64,000 nucleotides of DNA. Origin: Amphiscolops sp. MND2022. Its lineage: Eukaryota. The stretch's first letter is position 1; each line of letters starts with the position of its first letter. The position numbers and the translations under genes were made by a program. Positions 24,601 to 39,600 of this stretch are shown here, one piece after another. The stretch covers positions 52,640,001 to 52,704,000 of the forward strand of contig OZ076409.1 in the NCBI GenBank assembly GCA_964187785.1, written 5' to 3'. The notes beneath the pieces were generated by a model. It was given only the letters and a program-made list of their open reading frames with translations, had not been told where the DNA came from and searched no databases.

Positions 24601-27600
24601 TATATTTTCTCCGGCAGAGACGAATTTTTTGTTAGTACCATACCCCTATGCTAGAAGCACATTTTAAAGCCCCAACAATGCTAAGTTGAGAGAGATTTGA
24701 GCCAGAGATCGCACCAATACAAGTCGAATGGTCTAACCGAATCGTGGTAGAGATCGTCTAGATCTTAGTTTACTAACAACCTGCTAAAAAGCCAAGTGAA
24801 AAGGAACTATATTAGATGCAACCATTCGCATCATTATTACTAAACAGTACAGACTGCTGAAACAAATCTTTTCACTGCCGTACCCGATTACACCACTACA
24901 TCATGCTCAAACTTACAGTTGTTCAATTACAGAGAACTCGGAACTCTCACAGTCATTCGATACCGCTGCTAGTTTTCTTAACAATTATGATAACAAAACT
25001 TGTTTTAAAGAATCAATTAGTTTTAACGTAAAATAGAACACACATAAGAGTAGTTTTGTGTGAATTTTGGTAGAATCGGAGGACCGATCGTGTTGGATAG
25101 TTTTCAGCCCGACTCAATTTAAACAACTATGATAACAAAACTTCTGTTTCAAAGAATCAATTCGTTTTAACGTAGAAATAGAACACTCATACGAGTAATT
25201 TTGTGTAAAATCATAGCACTCATCTTCTCACATTATTCTTTCGTCAAAAAACAGCCCCTTTTGTGTGGATCTAGTTACCATGAGTCCTAAATGAAGTTTT
25301 ACATTATTTCTTTTTTGAAGCTGTTGTTCAAGAACTCTAATAACTGTTACTCGGTTGAAATGTAAGCAGTGTGGTCATTAAAATGCATCTTAGAATGAAT
25401 TAAAGCCTATCTTAAAGCACGAAAATGGCGGAGCAAAGGTATTTGGTCATTTTTTGCTCCAAATTTTTTGAAAAATTTGAAATTATGAAAAATTGTGCTT
25501 TTGGAGAAAAAAGATTCAGCACAAACTTTGAAGATGCAACAAACAGGAATTAGTTTGTTTGGATACATTTTTTATGAATGTAGAGGACAGACGAACTCTT
25601 ACAAACTTTAGAAACTAATTAGTCTGCTTTCTTGTTTATTTATATACCAGTCTTGCCACTTAAGCGCAGATGAATGTCTATACTCAGTGATAGAAATGAT
25701 AACAGTGAAAACAAGTTAATTCTTAGATCTCTGACATTCTTTTAAAAGCTTGATTAGAGATACAACATGGCGCAGTCAGTTTAACCCTAAAAAGTTACTG
25801 AAAGTCAAAACAATGGACGACAGCACAAACATTTCTCCAAGGAATGGAAGCAACATCTCGACGGCGACGGGATCACGCGCAGGTGAACAACCGTTACCAA
25901 ACGAAACGATGAACAGGACCGCAGAACGGACCTGCACACAGAAATTAACCATACCAACACTGGAGAAGCAAGACTACACCAGTGCAAATCTGTGGTGGCG
26001 GAAGTTTGTACAATATATCAAAATGACGAAAGACTTAGATCTATCAACAATGACAAACAGCAAAGAAATACTGCCACAATACCGTGACCAATTAGAAGCA
26101 GAAAAAAAAGACATATTCCTGTGGGCAATTGGACAAAATGCTATCACGCAAATGACCAAAACGGTTAGAGAAAGGGAACCGAGCTCACTACCGTTACACA
26201 AACTATATTCGCTATTCAGGTTACATTTCACTCCGGAAAGAAACGTTCACCATAGCAGAGCCGATTTCTTAACAGATAAACCGACCAAATTCAAGAAAAT
26301 GGATTGCAATAAATGTGGAGCCCCAAACTGGTCGAGACAGCATGAATGTCCGGCCAGAGGAAAGAAATGTGCAAAAAGCGAAAAAATTGGCCATAATGCA
26401 AAATGTTGCAGAACAAATAAAAAACCGCATACAGGAACAAGAAACCAGTAGTGCGGAGGAAGACGAATGGTCACCGAACACAATCCATTGCATCAACCAG
26501 AAGATCCATTCAACGCGTCAAGTAAAAAAAAAGACGGTCCGGACTTCTTCACTCTCACCGCATTGGTCAACAACCGACCAATCAAGTTCATAATAGACAG
26601 CGGATCACCGGTGACACTAATACCAAAATCACTCATCAACGGAATCACACAGTTGAAACCGCTGAAAACCGAATATAGAGACGTGAATGATAACAAAATC
26701 AAATTCGAAGGAAAAACGACTGCAACAGTACAAATAAATGGACAACGAAATAATCTGGAAAACTTGATAACCACGAAGAAAACCAATCCCCTGTAAGGAT
26801 TGGATTGGATGAAAAAACTGAGAATCACACTGGACACCGGTAGAACCGGTCCCCAAATAAATCACGTCACAGAAGATCCGGATATTACTTCTTTGAAAAG
26901 AAAGTTCAAAAAACTTTTCCATGAAAATCACACCGTGGAAGGATCAGAAGTAAAAATACAGTTAAAAGAAGACGCGAGACTAATCCAACAAAAAGGAAGA
27001 CCAATACCGATTCACTTACAGCAATCGGTTGAAAAGGAAATGAACAAACTAACGAAACAGGGCCACATCGAAAAAGCAAACAACATTGACGAGAATTGTT
27101 TCGTTAACCCAGCAGTCATTACCGTAAAAAAGGACAAATAGATAAAAATCGCCCTATATTCAAGGAAATTAAAGGAGATAACCATCAAGAGAAAGGCACA
27201 AATGCCTAACATGGAAGAATTAATTTCCAGAATCTCCAGAAAAATTGCTGACGGACCGGCAGACGAAATATGGATCTCAGAACTCGATCTGGATCATGCA
27301 TACGGCCAACTACTATTATCCAGAGAAGCCCGAAACCTGTGCATATTTGCCATAACCGGTGGAAACTTTACCGGTTATTACCGTTTCCTGAAAGGATTTT
27401 ACGGATTAGCGGATATACCGACATATTTTCAAGAGAAAATTGACCAAAAATCGGAAAACAAACATCCAGCATGGTTGAATGACATAATCGTGGTAACAAA
27501 AGGCTCTAAAGAACAACACAAAAAAGAGCTGGCAGATGTCTTAACCAGGCTAGAAAACGCCGGATACAGATTGAGCGAAGGCAAATCCGAATTCTTTAAA

Positions 27601-30600
27601 ACGGAAATCGAGTGGATTGGCCATAAAATTGACCAAAATGGTATCAGACCGTTACAAGACAAATTATTGGCAATAAAAAGTCTGAAACAACCGAACAACG
27701 AGAAAGAACTCAAATCATTTTTGGGAGCTATCCAATACTTGTCAAAATACATAGACAATTTATCAGCACAGACGGATAGATTGAGACAATTGCTAAAGAA
27801 AGACACTGAATGGTTATGGACAGAAGAACACTCACGGGCCTTCGAAAATCTAAAACAAAAGATCACAGAAATACCGTTTCTGGCTCATTATAATTCAGAT
27901 TACCAAAACGTGATAATCACCGACGCCAGCACAAAAGGCCTCAGTGCGACGCTATGGCAAGAAAAACTGGACGGAAAATTAAAACCGATCGGTTTCGCAA
28001 GCCGACTTCTATCCGATACTGAAAAGAAGTATGCGACCAACGAACTCGAACTATTAGCAGTAGTTTGGGGGTTAGAACACTTCCGACTATACACTTACGG
28101 CAAACCGATGAAATTACTCACGGACCACCAAGCATTAGAACCGCTGGTAAAGCGGAACAGATTCAATAAAACGTACAGCGCACGGTTGACAAGATGGCTT
28201 GACCGATTAGCACATTTCACAATAAATGTAAACCATATTGCAGGCAAGCATATAGCACTCACGGATTACTTGAGCAGAAATCCGTCAGCGCCGCCGCAAA
28301 CAGATGACGTATACGACGAAGAATACGTAATCAACAACATCTTACAGCACTACAAATTCATTTCCAAATACGGTTGCCTGAGCAACCACGCTAACCAATC
28401 AGAAAATGGAACGACGAAAAGCGAACGCAAAACAAACAACGAACCGCGGACACGAGAAAAGCGTGAACAAACTGCCATTGATTGCCTTAACAACTTACCG
28501 TCCACACGCAAAACTCATTTACAAAATTCATTAAATCCAAAAATCACAATGGACGCCCGAACAATTGACAATCTTGAAGCAGCAGATGCATCACCCGAAA
28601 CCACTGAATTAATTCAACGGTGGAGGGACATAGTAAAGCCCGGTATCTACCGCTTAACCGGGGGGAAGTGGAAAAAATACCACGAGCCAAAATTCCTCAG
28701 AAGCGAGAGAAAAGTAGTCGAGGAGCGCTTACAACAAATTATACAAGGCCGACAACAAGGAGACCTAAGACAAAGAATTGGTCCGCAGCACAGCGGCGGT
28801 TTCCAGCCACAAACCAGACGGTCGGAACAGTGGACAGTAGATCCATTCTGGGACGTGGACCGACCAACACCGGTCCAACAACAACAACATGACCAAAGCC
28901 AACATGACAGGCCCGGACCATCGTCAACAACAACAGACACACAACACCAATTCGCCCAAATACCCATAGAAGAAAGCGAAATTGAATCAGAGACGGACCA
29001 AGACCCGTCCATCCTAGAGGTGCCAGCGTGGAATTGGGCACGATACGTAGGAGTGAAGAGCGTGCAATATGTAAAAATGGGACACGCCCCCAAAGTAGCT
29101 GCACTGGACGAAAACACTTGGGACCTTGATCAATCCGTGCGAGAGACCGGAAAGAACTTCTCAACGGATCTGCAGTTACTAATGACCGAGACTACCAACG
29201 ATCCAACACTATTGAAGACACTTGTCAGCTTGGAACGACAGCAGCATGAATTGATCCTCGAGGAGTACCAATTGCACAAAAGAAAACTATCAAGTCGGTT
29301 CGGTCTGGTTTTCATTGAAGACAAAATTATTGTCCCCAAAAACCTCAGAGCGACCATTATCAGCCTCCTGCACAAAGGCCATCCAGCCATCAATAAAATG
29401 ACCCTGGCAGCAAGACATTTCTGGTGGCCGCGGATGACTGAGGCAATTCAAAAGAAATGCGAAACGTGTCTGCCCTGCAAATTGTCCGGTAAGAACATAA
29501 AACCTAACTTCCCTAGCACGGAAACAAATAGCCTTCCGCCATTGGATAATCCAAACAAAGAAATTCAACTGGATTTTATTGGTCCAATGACGGAAAATAA
29601 TCGTCGATTTTATGTCTTATTGTCCATGTACCGGTACAGCAAATGGCCAGCGGCGAGTTTTTGCACTTCAACGGACGGCGAAACGGCAGTAAAATTTCTC
29701 GACCAATACATTCGGCTAAACGGCATACCGAAAACAATTAGAACCGATAAAGCCACTGCGTTTACGGGACAACTCTTAAAACTACATAAAACTGATATAC
29801 GGGACACCGTATATACACACACCTACCGGTCTGGTAGAGCGTGGGGTAAGAACCTTGAAAGAAAACGTACTGACGAACAAAAAAGCCGGAGAACGCTTCG
29901 GAAAAGCCTTATATATATCTTTAGATGTAACGAGAAAAACACCGCACACTCAACTAAAAAAAATCCGCTTCCGAACTACACTACTGTAGAAAACCAAACA
30001 CAGAAATAAGTAACCTACTAAATCTGGATGAAATCGAAAAGTTAACAAAACGTTCCGTTTCAGCTAAACCTGATACCTTACAGGTATACTCTTTCAGTGG
30101 AGCTGGCGGTGTGTCCAACCTGCTGCCTATGAAGTCGAAGAAAAACTCAAAAGGAGTAAGTAATTGTCCCTTCTTATTTCTAGAAAAAAACACCAACGAA
30201 ATAAATTAGAAAGTGCATATTCCGATAAACCACAATTAGCAATACCGGGCACAAATCATACGGTAACCACCCCTAACGGAAGAGTAATACATTGGAAAAT
30301 GATAAGTAAACCCATTGATTTTAACCAGGAGTACAACAACAGAGGTACTGGGCCACGCGGACCGGACGGCCGATTTGTCAAATCACCGTCCAAACAACGA
30401 CGGGCAATGATAATCGACTCGGACGCCGAATCGGAAGCACCGTCAATGGATATAGACAGCCCAAAGACGCCAGAGCTCCCTACAGACACAACCACCAAGA
30501 AGAGCACATTCGGCCGAGGACGCCCATAATTGATCCGCGATCGCGCCAGCCCAAACACAGCCAACACACCTATGCCGGGAAGCAGCACAGGCCCGCTGAC

Positions 30601-33600
30601 AATTACAACGTCAAACATGCCGGACACGGAAATAGACCGTGCCATAGAAGACGCTAATAGTGCAGAACAAGAAATTTTCATCCGAGACGAAAACGGTAAG
30701 GTACTTACTAATGATAACACAAAACTGTTAGCAGAGAATCTGGAAAACTGAACTAGAATTAGCAGGTAACCTGAGCTCAAGCACCGAAATTGAAACTGAA
30801 GAAAAAGAACCAGTACGCAGATCGAAAAGACTGACAAAAATTAATCCTAATATTAGGTATAATAACCAATTTGTCATGATTACAGGAAACTCCGCAAACA
30901 GACTGAACTCGGGAACCACACCGAGTCAACAAAAAGCCAAACCGGAGGAGGGGAACAACAACCAGTAAACCGGTCACAAAACAAAATCTTGACGTTACGG
31001 CCAAGCAACAACCGTGACAAACGAAACTGCGAGGAGCGGTCAACCGCCCAACAAACACTGGACCAGTGGAGGAACAACAACCGCCACAACAGAAAGCAGA
31101 GACCCCCATTGGCAGAGATATCAGCCAATAGCGGAGGAAGGGTGAATGTAGAGGTGAGACGAACTCTTACGAACTTTAGAAACTAATTAGTCTGCTTTCT
31201 TGTTTATTTATATTAAATACCAGTCCTGCCACTTGAGCGCAGATGAATGTCTATACTCAGTGATAGAAAAGATAACAGTGAAAACAAGTTAATTCTTAGA
31301 TCTCTTAGATTCTTTTAAATGCTTGATTAGAGATACAACAATGAATGTAAGAGATGAAAATCCGTATTTTGAATAATCCGAATCCCAACATATTTACTGC
31401 AGCAAAACAGTGTTTCAATGAGTTTGAGCTATTTTCTTCGGACGCACTGATGTTGATTAAAAGATTGACTAAGGTAAGGTATATTGAAAGAAGACGCCCG
31501 CTGACCTGCGGTATATTTTCCACCCCAAATTGTTCTAGCAGCGGTGTACTTTTGAAGCCCAAGAGTAGCCCACTATGAAAATGCATGGAAGTTTTAAAAA
31601 ATTGAAAGTTTTGACACTTTTTGATTCATTTTATCCCCTTTTGAAAGGACACACTTATTTGTTCGAAGACTCCTATTGTTTTGTCGTTGAAGTGTGTGGA
31701 AATCAGTCACCACTTTAAATTTCAAAAAAAAGGCAACCCGAATGCCAAAAACAGTCTTAATATTTTAGACATTCGAAACAGGTACATTTCTCGAAACCAT
31801 CACTCCGAAGCAAGCAATAGTACACCAGGAAAAACAGAAAACTTTAGTTCCTTCAACAATTTTTTTCGAAAAACAAGACGCCCGCTAAACACCGGGATAT
31901 TTTCCGCCTTGATGAAGATCGCGGAGAGATGATAAAAAAAGATGGAGATGAGAAGTATCTGAAATAGTCAAGTAACTAACTAAAATAGTCAAGTAATCAA
32001 AAGATGGAGATCGTGGAGACTTGGCAGAGTTTGGAAAAAAACGCAACAGAGATTATGATTTTCCTCCCCTATTATATGTGGGTGGAAAATAACAATTCTA
32101 TCTTCTTAGAAACAAAAGTACTATAAGTAGATGACATTTTTGTTTTTCAGATTTTTGGATCCTCTAATCCCAAAGTTGCATGAAAATTCAAGAAAAACGT
32201 TCAAAAAGTTTAACTTTGGATCATGCCAGCTTTTAGGAACAGAAAAACTCCCAACCAAAATGATTTTACCAGTCTGTTTTCAAGCACTGCTGAAATTCTT
32301 ATCGCCGCTAAAACATTTAAATGTCATCAAAAATCCAATGAAGGCTAGCACAAAGTACAGTTTGTCAATTTTTCACAATTTTGACCCTTTGTGGGCATTT
32401 GGTGGCATCGCGAATCCAAAACGTATTCCTTTCAAACGTATGCTGCAAAGCTAGTGTTGTTTCTTTGAACTCTGACTTTCTATATCCACCAAATCGTTCA
32501 AATGTAGAATACTGTTTGAAAAAAGTGTTCTAAAAAACCATATGCCTTTTCGAGAACATTTTTCATACAATCTCATCCGATTTTTCCAATTTCTCTTAAG
32601 AACGAGTACTAATAGCTGAATATTTCAATGCTGAGCCTATTCGGTCTTCTATTTTAGGAAAAGCTTCGAAAGTTGTTTGAAATCTATATACCTGTTGTCA
32701 AAAATTCGGGAAAAAAGTCATTTTTTGTCATTTTTGAGAAACCTCACCCCACTTTTGCACTTCCACCTAACTAGCGGACTCGTTAAGTATCAAACCGTCA
32801 AAATTTTGAACGTTCAGGTCAATGAAAGTTCTAATTAACGGAACACTTCGATAATTGAACAAATATTAGAATTAAATTTTAAAACGAAGCGTTTTTGATT
32901 TTTAGAGGTGCATTTGAAGCACTTTTCAACCAAAAACAGGAGTTTTCGTTCCAAAAAAGCTCACCGGATAACTAATTCGTTCATCATTGAGTTTCTTGAT
33001 GTTTTTACTTCAAAATCTTGAAAGTTTTCCTAAAAACGCAATGAAAAACAACAAACGGAAAATTATGCAGTTTTTGACTCTTTTTGGGTAATTTTGCGGC
33101 ACTTCTATAACACAACCGGCACATATTTTATCAAAAGAAGCATACTGGATATTTTTTCGTCGTTGGCTTTTTTAAACTGAAAATGGCAATTTTTTATCCA
33201 AAAAACAACCTGCATAGCTGATTGTTCCGTTTTTGATTTTTCTTATCAACGAATGTTTTCAAATATTTCACAAAATGTCCGGAATTCTTTTACTTTTTGA
33301 GTTTTTTTCAGGTATTTTTCTTCAAGAAGCTGCAGATATCTTTAAAAAAACCTGGATACTAATTTCATCTTGGTTGATGAGTTTTTTCCGACGCATCTGG
33401 GGCCATTCTCAAGTGTTTTTGGAGCAATTGCGTGTTGCATAGCTACGTTTTTCACCTTTGAACGTTTTGAATCTTCTAACCAATTAAATCTATCAAGCAA
33501 ATCTGCATAAAAACGCTGAAAGTTGAAAAATTCCAAATTTTGTCCATTTTGGGGTCATATTGAATCGCTCTGGGGTCGTTTTGTGATTAAACCAAAAACA

Positions 33601-36600
33601 ATCCAAAAATCTCTACAACTCCAGGCAATCCATATTTATTTTCCTCCTTTTGCTTACTCAAATCTATAGAAACCATAATCGTCCTCAAGAGGTAATTAAT
33701 CAAAACGAAAACAAAAGTCGATTCCTTTCTGTTCCCTACACAAACTCCAATTATCAAAATTTTTGTAGAGATGATTATTTTCGACTTTTTAAAACATTTC
33801 TTATGAGGACAAAGTTGTGAAGATTGTAGTACACGAAACAAATGAATCTATCGAAACCATGGTCAAAAAAGGTGGAAAATTTAGTTCGAACAAAATTTTC
33901 ATTATCATTTATCATTGTATGATGAAAATTCAAAGGTATACCATACATTTAAGGTATGTTAAAGATAAAAATCGAATACAACGGAAATATTGAGGTATTA
34001 AAGTCGTTGGCAAATTCAAAGACAAGGAAACAGTTCAAGCTACTTGAACAAGGGTAATTCTCAAAGAACCCATTGATGAAAACTTGAAAAATTGTTCATA
34101 AGTGATGTATAACCTCACAACTCACAACATTTACTCTAAGTTCAACCCTAATTTTGCAAAACAAAGATCCAGAATCTTCCATTAATGTCTATGCAAATGT
34201 TTATCTCTCATTCACTTTCGATTGTTCAACAACAAAGTTTGTCATTTTTGATCCAGGCCTAAGAGTCAGTTTCAAACTTCATGTTTCCGACAAAAGTCTA
34301 GGCTGTTTGCATTACAATATTTGCTCCCGCATTTGATCAAATTGCATTAAACTAACTTTTTCTTCAAACAAGTGGTTAGATTCTACAACAGGGACCATTT
34401 TTGTAACAAAGTTTATCACTTTTCAAACAATGGTCAATTGTTGTAAAGTTTTTTTTTAGAAAAAAACCTGCATACGTTTTCAACTTTATGCAGAAATAGC
34501 TAAAACTTTCAAATTCTATGGTGAAATTGAATTTGAAAACAATATTTACGGTACGGCTCATCTTCAAGAACCATAACTGTATTAAATAGGATCTAAATCA
34601 GGTAGTACCCGAAAAACTATTTCGGTGAACAAGAGCGCCACGTGTAAAAATAGTTACATGTCATTTAGTCCTATGAAATTGCAACCTATGCAATTTCAAC
34701 CAATTTAAACTTCAACGTATTTCAACTAGTTCAAGGTCGCTGTGTTCTTAGCGAACTTCTGAAACTAATTAAACATGATCAACGTGCAGGAAAATAAAAG
34801 CACAAAAACTGTGAAGAAGCATAAAAATTAACACATTCAAAACATTCCTTGCACAAAATTTACGATGGTCAAAAATACAAAACCTTTATAAAATTACGCA
34901 ATTCAGAAAGACATTTAAAAACGTGCCAATTGCGTTCTAACATTCATTATCGATGGCCTCCATTTAAAAATGACTGAAATTTTGTGATGAGAAAAACTTT
35001 CGTAAAATGCAATTGAAGGCCAACAAACTATAAAAGTCTATTGACCATGAAGTCATTTTTCGAAAAACTCAGTTTCAATTAACAACTTAGACAAGTGCTA
35101 CTCCTTGAAAAGTTCGTCTGATTCCTCTTTCAAGCTTGTTGTGACTTCACGGGCGTGGTTCTAATGCGCCTACAATGGAGAGCGAGCGCCTATGGGGTTG
35201 TAGTGGGCAAACTTTGGTACACTCGGGAGGACGCAACTGTGCGCCAGTGGAAAGTATCTGATGACAAATTTGTCTTAATAGAAAAAATCTAATCAGGTTA
35301 AACTTTAATTTGTCAACTCGAAGTCTGCATATAAAGTTCGAGACCGCTCGCAAATGTGGCAAGATTGGTTCAAAGTTTCAGCTACTTTCAATGAGCAGCA
35401 ACTTTCTGTAGTTTTCTCATATCAGGGGCGCTTGGAACAAACAATTCCAGTGGTCTATTGCAAATAGATGATTTTGTGACTCTTTGAATCTTTCTCCAAG
35501 TTCCGTAGAAACTACAATATGTTTGGTTGGGAGTCCGTCAAACTAACCTGGAACACGTATTGCCACCCTTCTACGTTGTTGGTTGTCCTTGCCACTTCGC
35601 CAGCCGCCTTGAACTGGTTCCGCAATTCCATAACGAAGGATTCTTTTTCAGTTAACGTTGGGCCCTTCATAAAATTGTTTTTTATTTACAGCGCAAGGTC
35701 GTTCACTTTATTGCTGATGTTGTCATCAAACTCCTCTTTTTCGATTACTTCGGCAATTTCTCCAATTACCAATTATTTGAAAAGATGCTTTGAAATGACA
35801 GGGTGGTACATGGGCCTGCGCAGCAAGCTATCCAAGTGCCATGTTGAAATCTGGGCAGTTGTCAGAATAAACTTTCGGACCAATTTCGTTTAATTTTTAG
35901 TTAAAAGATTGCGTCATGGTAAATTAGCAGAGTGATATGATTGACACGTAGGAAGTTGAAGTTTGGTAGGATGAAACTGCCGTAGGATGAAATTGCAAAA
36001 AGTTGAAAGTTTCAACGGATGAAATTGCGAGCGGTTGAAATCGCGAATGGTTGAAATTGTAAAATTGTATAGGTTGAAATTGCATGGGACGAAATGTCCT
36101 TACACCTCTACAAATTTTTGATTTTTTCGAACAAACTTCTATTCAGTTGTATAGTTTTATCAAGTGCTTATAAATATTACATTTGGTCAGTAGGCATTGG
36201 CAGTTTGAAAAATCTAACGTATGCCTGTCGACATATATGATCGAGGAATCATTGCGAACTCTCTGTTGCTTCCGAGACACACTAAGTATGCCTAAGGACC
36301 TCAAAGGTAGAGCAATTATTCAATATTTCCTGAAGTTTTAGAAGCATCCTCACGGCATTTGAAAAGTAAGTTAGAACGAAAATAGTTAGAACAATCCACT
36401 TTAAAGTCGACCGCCCTCACTCTCTTATCACTCCGATTAAACTTCAACCTCAAAAAGAAAATAGTTAAATAACCGATTTCTGATAATCGATAAGATTGGA
36501 ATCTCGTTTTCCCAAGACAATTAGGATTCGTTTTTTGCTGGCAATTAATTGGCTTGTAGATTATGTTTCTCCGTCCACGTTGGTTCGGTAATCCAAGAGA

Positions 36601-39600
36601 TAAAAGCAACAGCGAACATTTTAAATAGAGATAAGAAGTTGATAAGACTTGGGCTAATAAACTAATAAATGCAATTACCTAATCACCTATAATTTTTCTG
36701 CTAATTCCAACTTATTTTTGTGATCAAAAAACACAAGTCAAAACACCAATGAGGCCAAAGCTTTAGGATGACAATATAAAACTTCTCAGGTTTAGGAGAA
36801 CTTTCGTAATAGTTGTCATTTAGCATGGTTAAAACACTTTGCTCTTTTAAGGTATAAGCACGTCGGAAACCTAACGTTCACGTCGGCGTGAATGACCTAA
36901 CGTTTACAAAGTATTAAATATCGGGAATAAGAACAATAGATGAGGAATCAAGCTCAACCAATCTGGATGCTTTTGTCTTTTTAAAATGAAACTTCGAAAA
37001 TTCGGAGGGTCCATTGACGTCATCTTTGCAAACAAATGCGTAAATCGTTTGGTTGTGGAACTGTGAAACAGAGTTTCAGTCAAAATCAAAATCTTCACAA
37101 TTTTTTAGGCCCGAGAAGGTCTCACAGTGCTAAAAATAAAGAATCCTTTGATCTCAAAGAAATTCCTAGTAGAGGGCCCTTAGGTGATTTTTCGCCCTCA
37201 GATGAAAAGTCGTATAGTGTTGAAAAAATACCAAGGGGATCTCTTTGATAAAATACAACTCTGAAATTAAATTTGTAAAAATGACCATCCGACCTGCTCG
37301 AGTAGATTTTGAGCAAAAAAATTGAAGTTGGAGCTTTGCATTTATGAAACTTTCAAAACTTCTTGTCTCGAAATTGCCGCCAAATTTAGGATGCATCTTT
37401 TAGGCAGCTTGATAAAATTCAATTAAATTAGTGAAACTTTAAAGCTTGGAAGTCTTCTTGAGAATTTTATAAAATCATGAAAAATTAGCTTGGTAACCTA
37501 CAAAAACTTGTAAAACGTTCAAGCAGTTTCAACCAGGGTATGATATCTGTAGTCTAGATACAACAAACTAGCCACCGTAGTAGTGAAGTGGGTGCATTTT
37601 CTCTTGGAGTGTGCTGACTGCAACTGGTGTTACAAATTACATGTCTAGAACTTCCGAATGTTGTTTTGATTTGACGTTGGAAATTTTTTCTAACAATTCG
37701 GAGACTGCTGCGCCACGGGAAACTATTTGGCGTTTCCAACAAGAAAAATGTAAGACCCCAACAGTGGATTTTTTCTAAAGCTCTTACTGTAAGCTGTCAA
37801 GAGGGAAAGTGCACGCGGGTTTAATGCCCACTTACTTTTCGAACTTTTTTCTGAACTTGAGTTAAATTTCAGAAAAAACTTCGAATATCGTATAGAAAGA
37901 TATGTTAGATATGTTACAGCTTCAAAAAGTCTGATTTAGCGTTTTTTCTCCGTTTTTGCCAGCAGTAATATGAACTCCCTTTCAAATTGATTTTTTTTAA
38001 AATATCAGTTTCTGATATAAACCATAATTTTGATGGACTGCGGATAATATGTTGTTGTAGACTTTTTTTACCATGGCCCAACTTCTTTAAGGCATCATAA
38101 GTGCTCCTTTCAAAGTCCAACTGAGTGTTTCACGATTTTTGCGAATCGAACCCTTGTTGAAACTTGAATTTTTTGCATGTACTTTCGTGTTGCCAGCAAC
38201 TTTTATTATGATTTTCTAAAACTCTTACGGAAACTTTCATGCGAAAACATTTACCTGTTGTATTCGACTTTTATCAAGCTGCTTGAAATTTTGATCAAAG
38301 ATTTGGCGGCAATTTTACGCCCTGGAGTTTTGCTAATTTTTAAAGAAACTAATAAATCGCTCTCAGTTTAACATGCAAAATAACTTCAGTCACGTAATAA
38401 ACTGCAAATTAGCGTCCTATTTGAGAAGCGGTGATCTTATCACATGAGTAGTTGAGAAAACAAAGTGTAAAAACGAAATAATTGTGTCGGTGATGAAGTG
38501 GTATTTATTTTCAAATTGAATTGCAGTAGTGGAAAATGAAGTATAATTCTACAAGATTTACCAACTGAATTGCTACTGAATTTTCTAGGTTTTATAAAAC
38601 AAATTACCTGAATGCAGGCCTGCAGCGTGTAAAAAGCTCCTGCAGTCTCAACTATGGAAGGCATAAAGAGTCCTGTTTTAGTGTTTTTATCAACTTGTGA
38701 GTTTTTTCTTATAAAAAGAAGGCACTGTCGCGATTTTGTTCGCTATTGTATGAATCTACTGAAATCTCTCTAGACCTGTGTCTACAATTTTCCTGCATAG
38801 GGACCGTTTTGGAACGCTTCACCCACGCTTTCTGTACATTTCCTGCTTCGGGGTTCCGTTGTAGCTCACTGGACCTTTGGTCCTCTGCGGTGGAATTGGC
38901 AGTCCTTATGCCAGGGTAAGGCTCATTGGACCCCCGGTCCACCACGGTGAAATTCGTTCTCCCCTGCATAACTAACGTATTTCGAATGGAGGGAACTACC
39001 GTTTCAGTGATCGCTGCAGAAATTGCGCTTTGTATTTGAAAATTGAGGCTAGATTTGATCTCACTGAATCTCCTTGTCATTTGGTTAGAAATTTCCTCAT
39101 TAATCATTCCACTGGTTTCGATAGTTATTTCACTATTTTCTCTACTATTTGTAAGCAGTGACCTAAAATCTTCTCCTGTTTCATTTGAATTTTTCTGAGG
39201 CCTCCTTGACCCTGAGTCCAAATTTAATTCACTTTCACTATGACCAACCTCCTCATCATTCCTTGAGTAACTACCTAGCATTATATCAACATTTTGAGTG
39301 TCAGACATAATGTCTTTCTTTAGCCTTTTGCTTTCTTGTAGAAGGCATTTGAGAATAAGTTCAATCAACGATCAATTAGCAGTGCAATTCAAAACAAATC
39401 GGTTTATCATAATGTGATTACAGTTAACTTGCTTGTATCAGGTTTATATCGCATTGATCGCTGCCCTCCCGTCTCTCCTATTAATAGTTGGAAGGGAGGT
39501 GACAAGCAAAAAACATGTAGTTAAATTTAGACAGAATCATCTAAAAATAGCCCCTTCAAGCTTTCGTCATAGTGACGTCATTTGTTTAGGTTACATCAAA

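Larger units (their letters stand above)
25579..31340 (+). mobile_element. Structurally complete Ty3/Gypsy LTR retrotransposon (family B, 5762 bp), mutated, intronic and antisense to the GPCR
   Basis: Two TG..CA LTRs, perfect 5-bp TSD ATGAA (25574-25578, 31341-31345), PBS, PPT, gag-PR-RT-RH-IN order. Confidence 0.97.

Noticed and set aside
27429..29822. Antisense ORFs over family B pol (and over 60.7-63.9 kb)
   Set aside because: Shadows of the coding strand.
32370..33590. Possible large TIR element
   Set aside because: Only weak inverted similarity, no TSD and no coding remnant.
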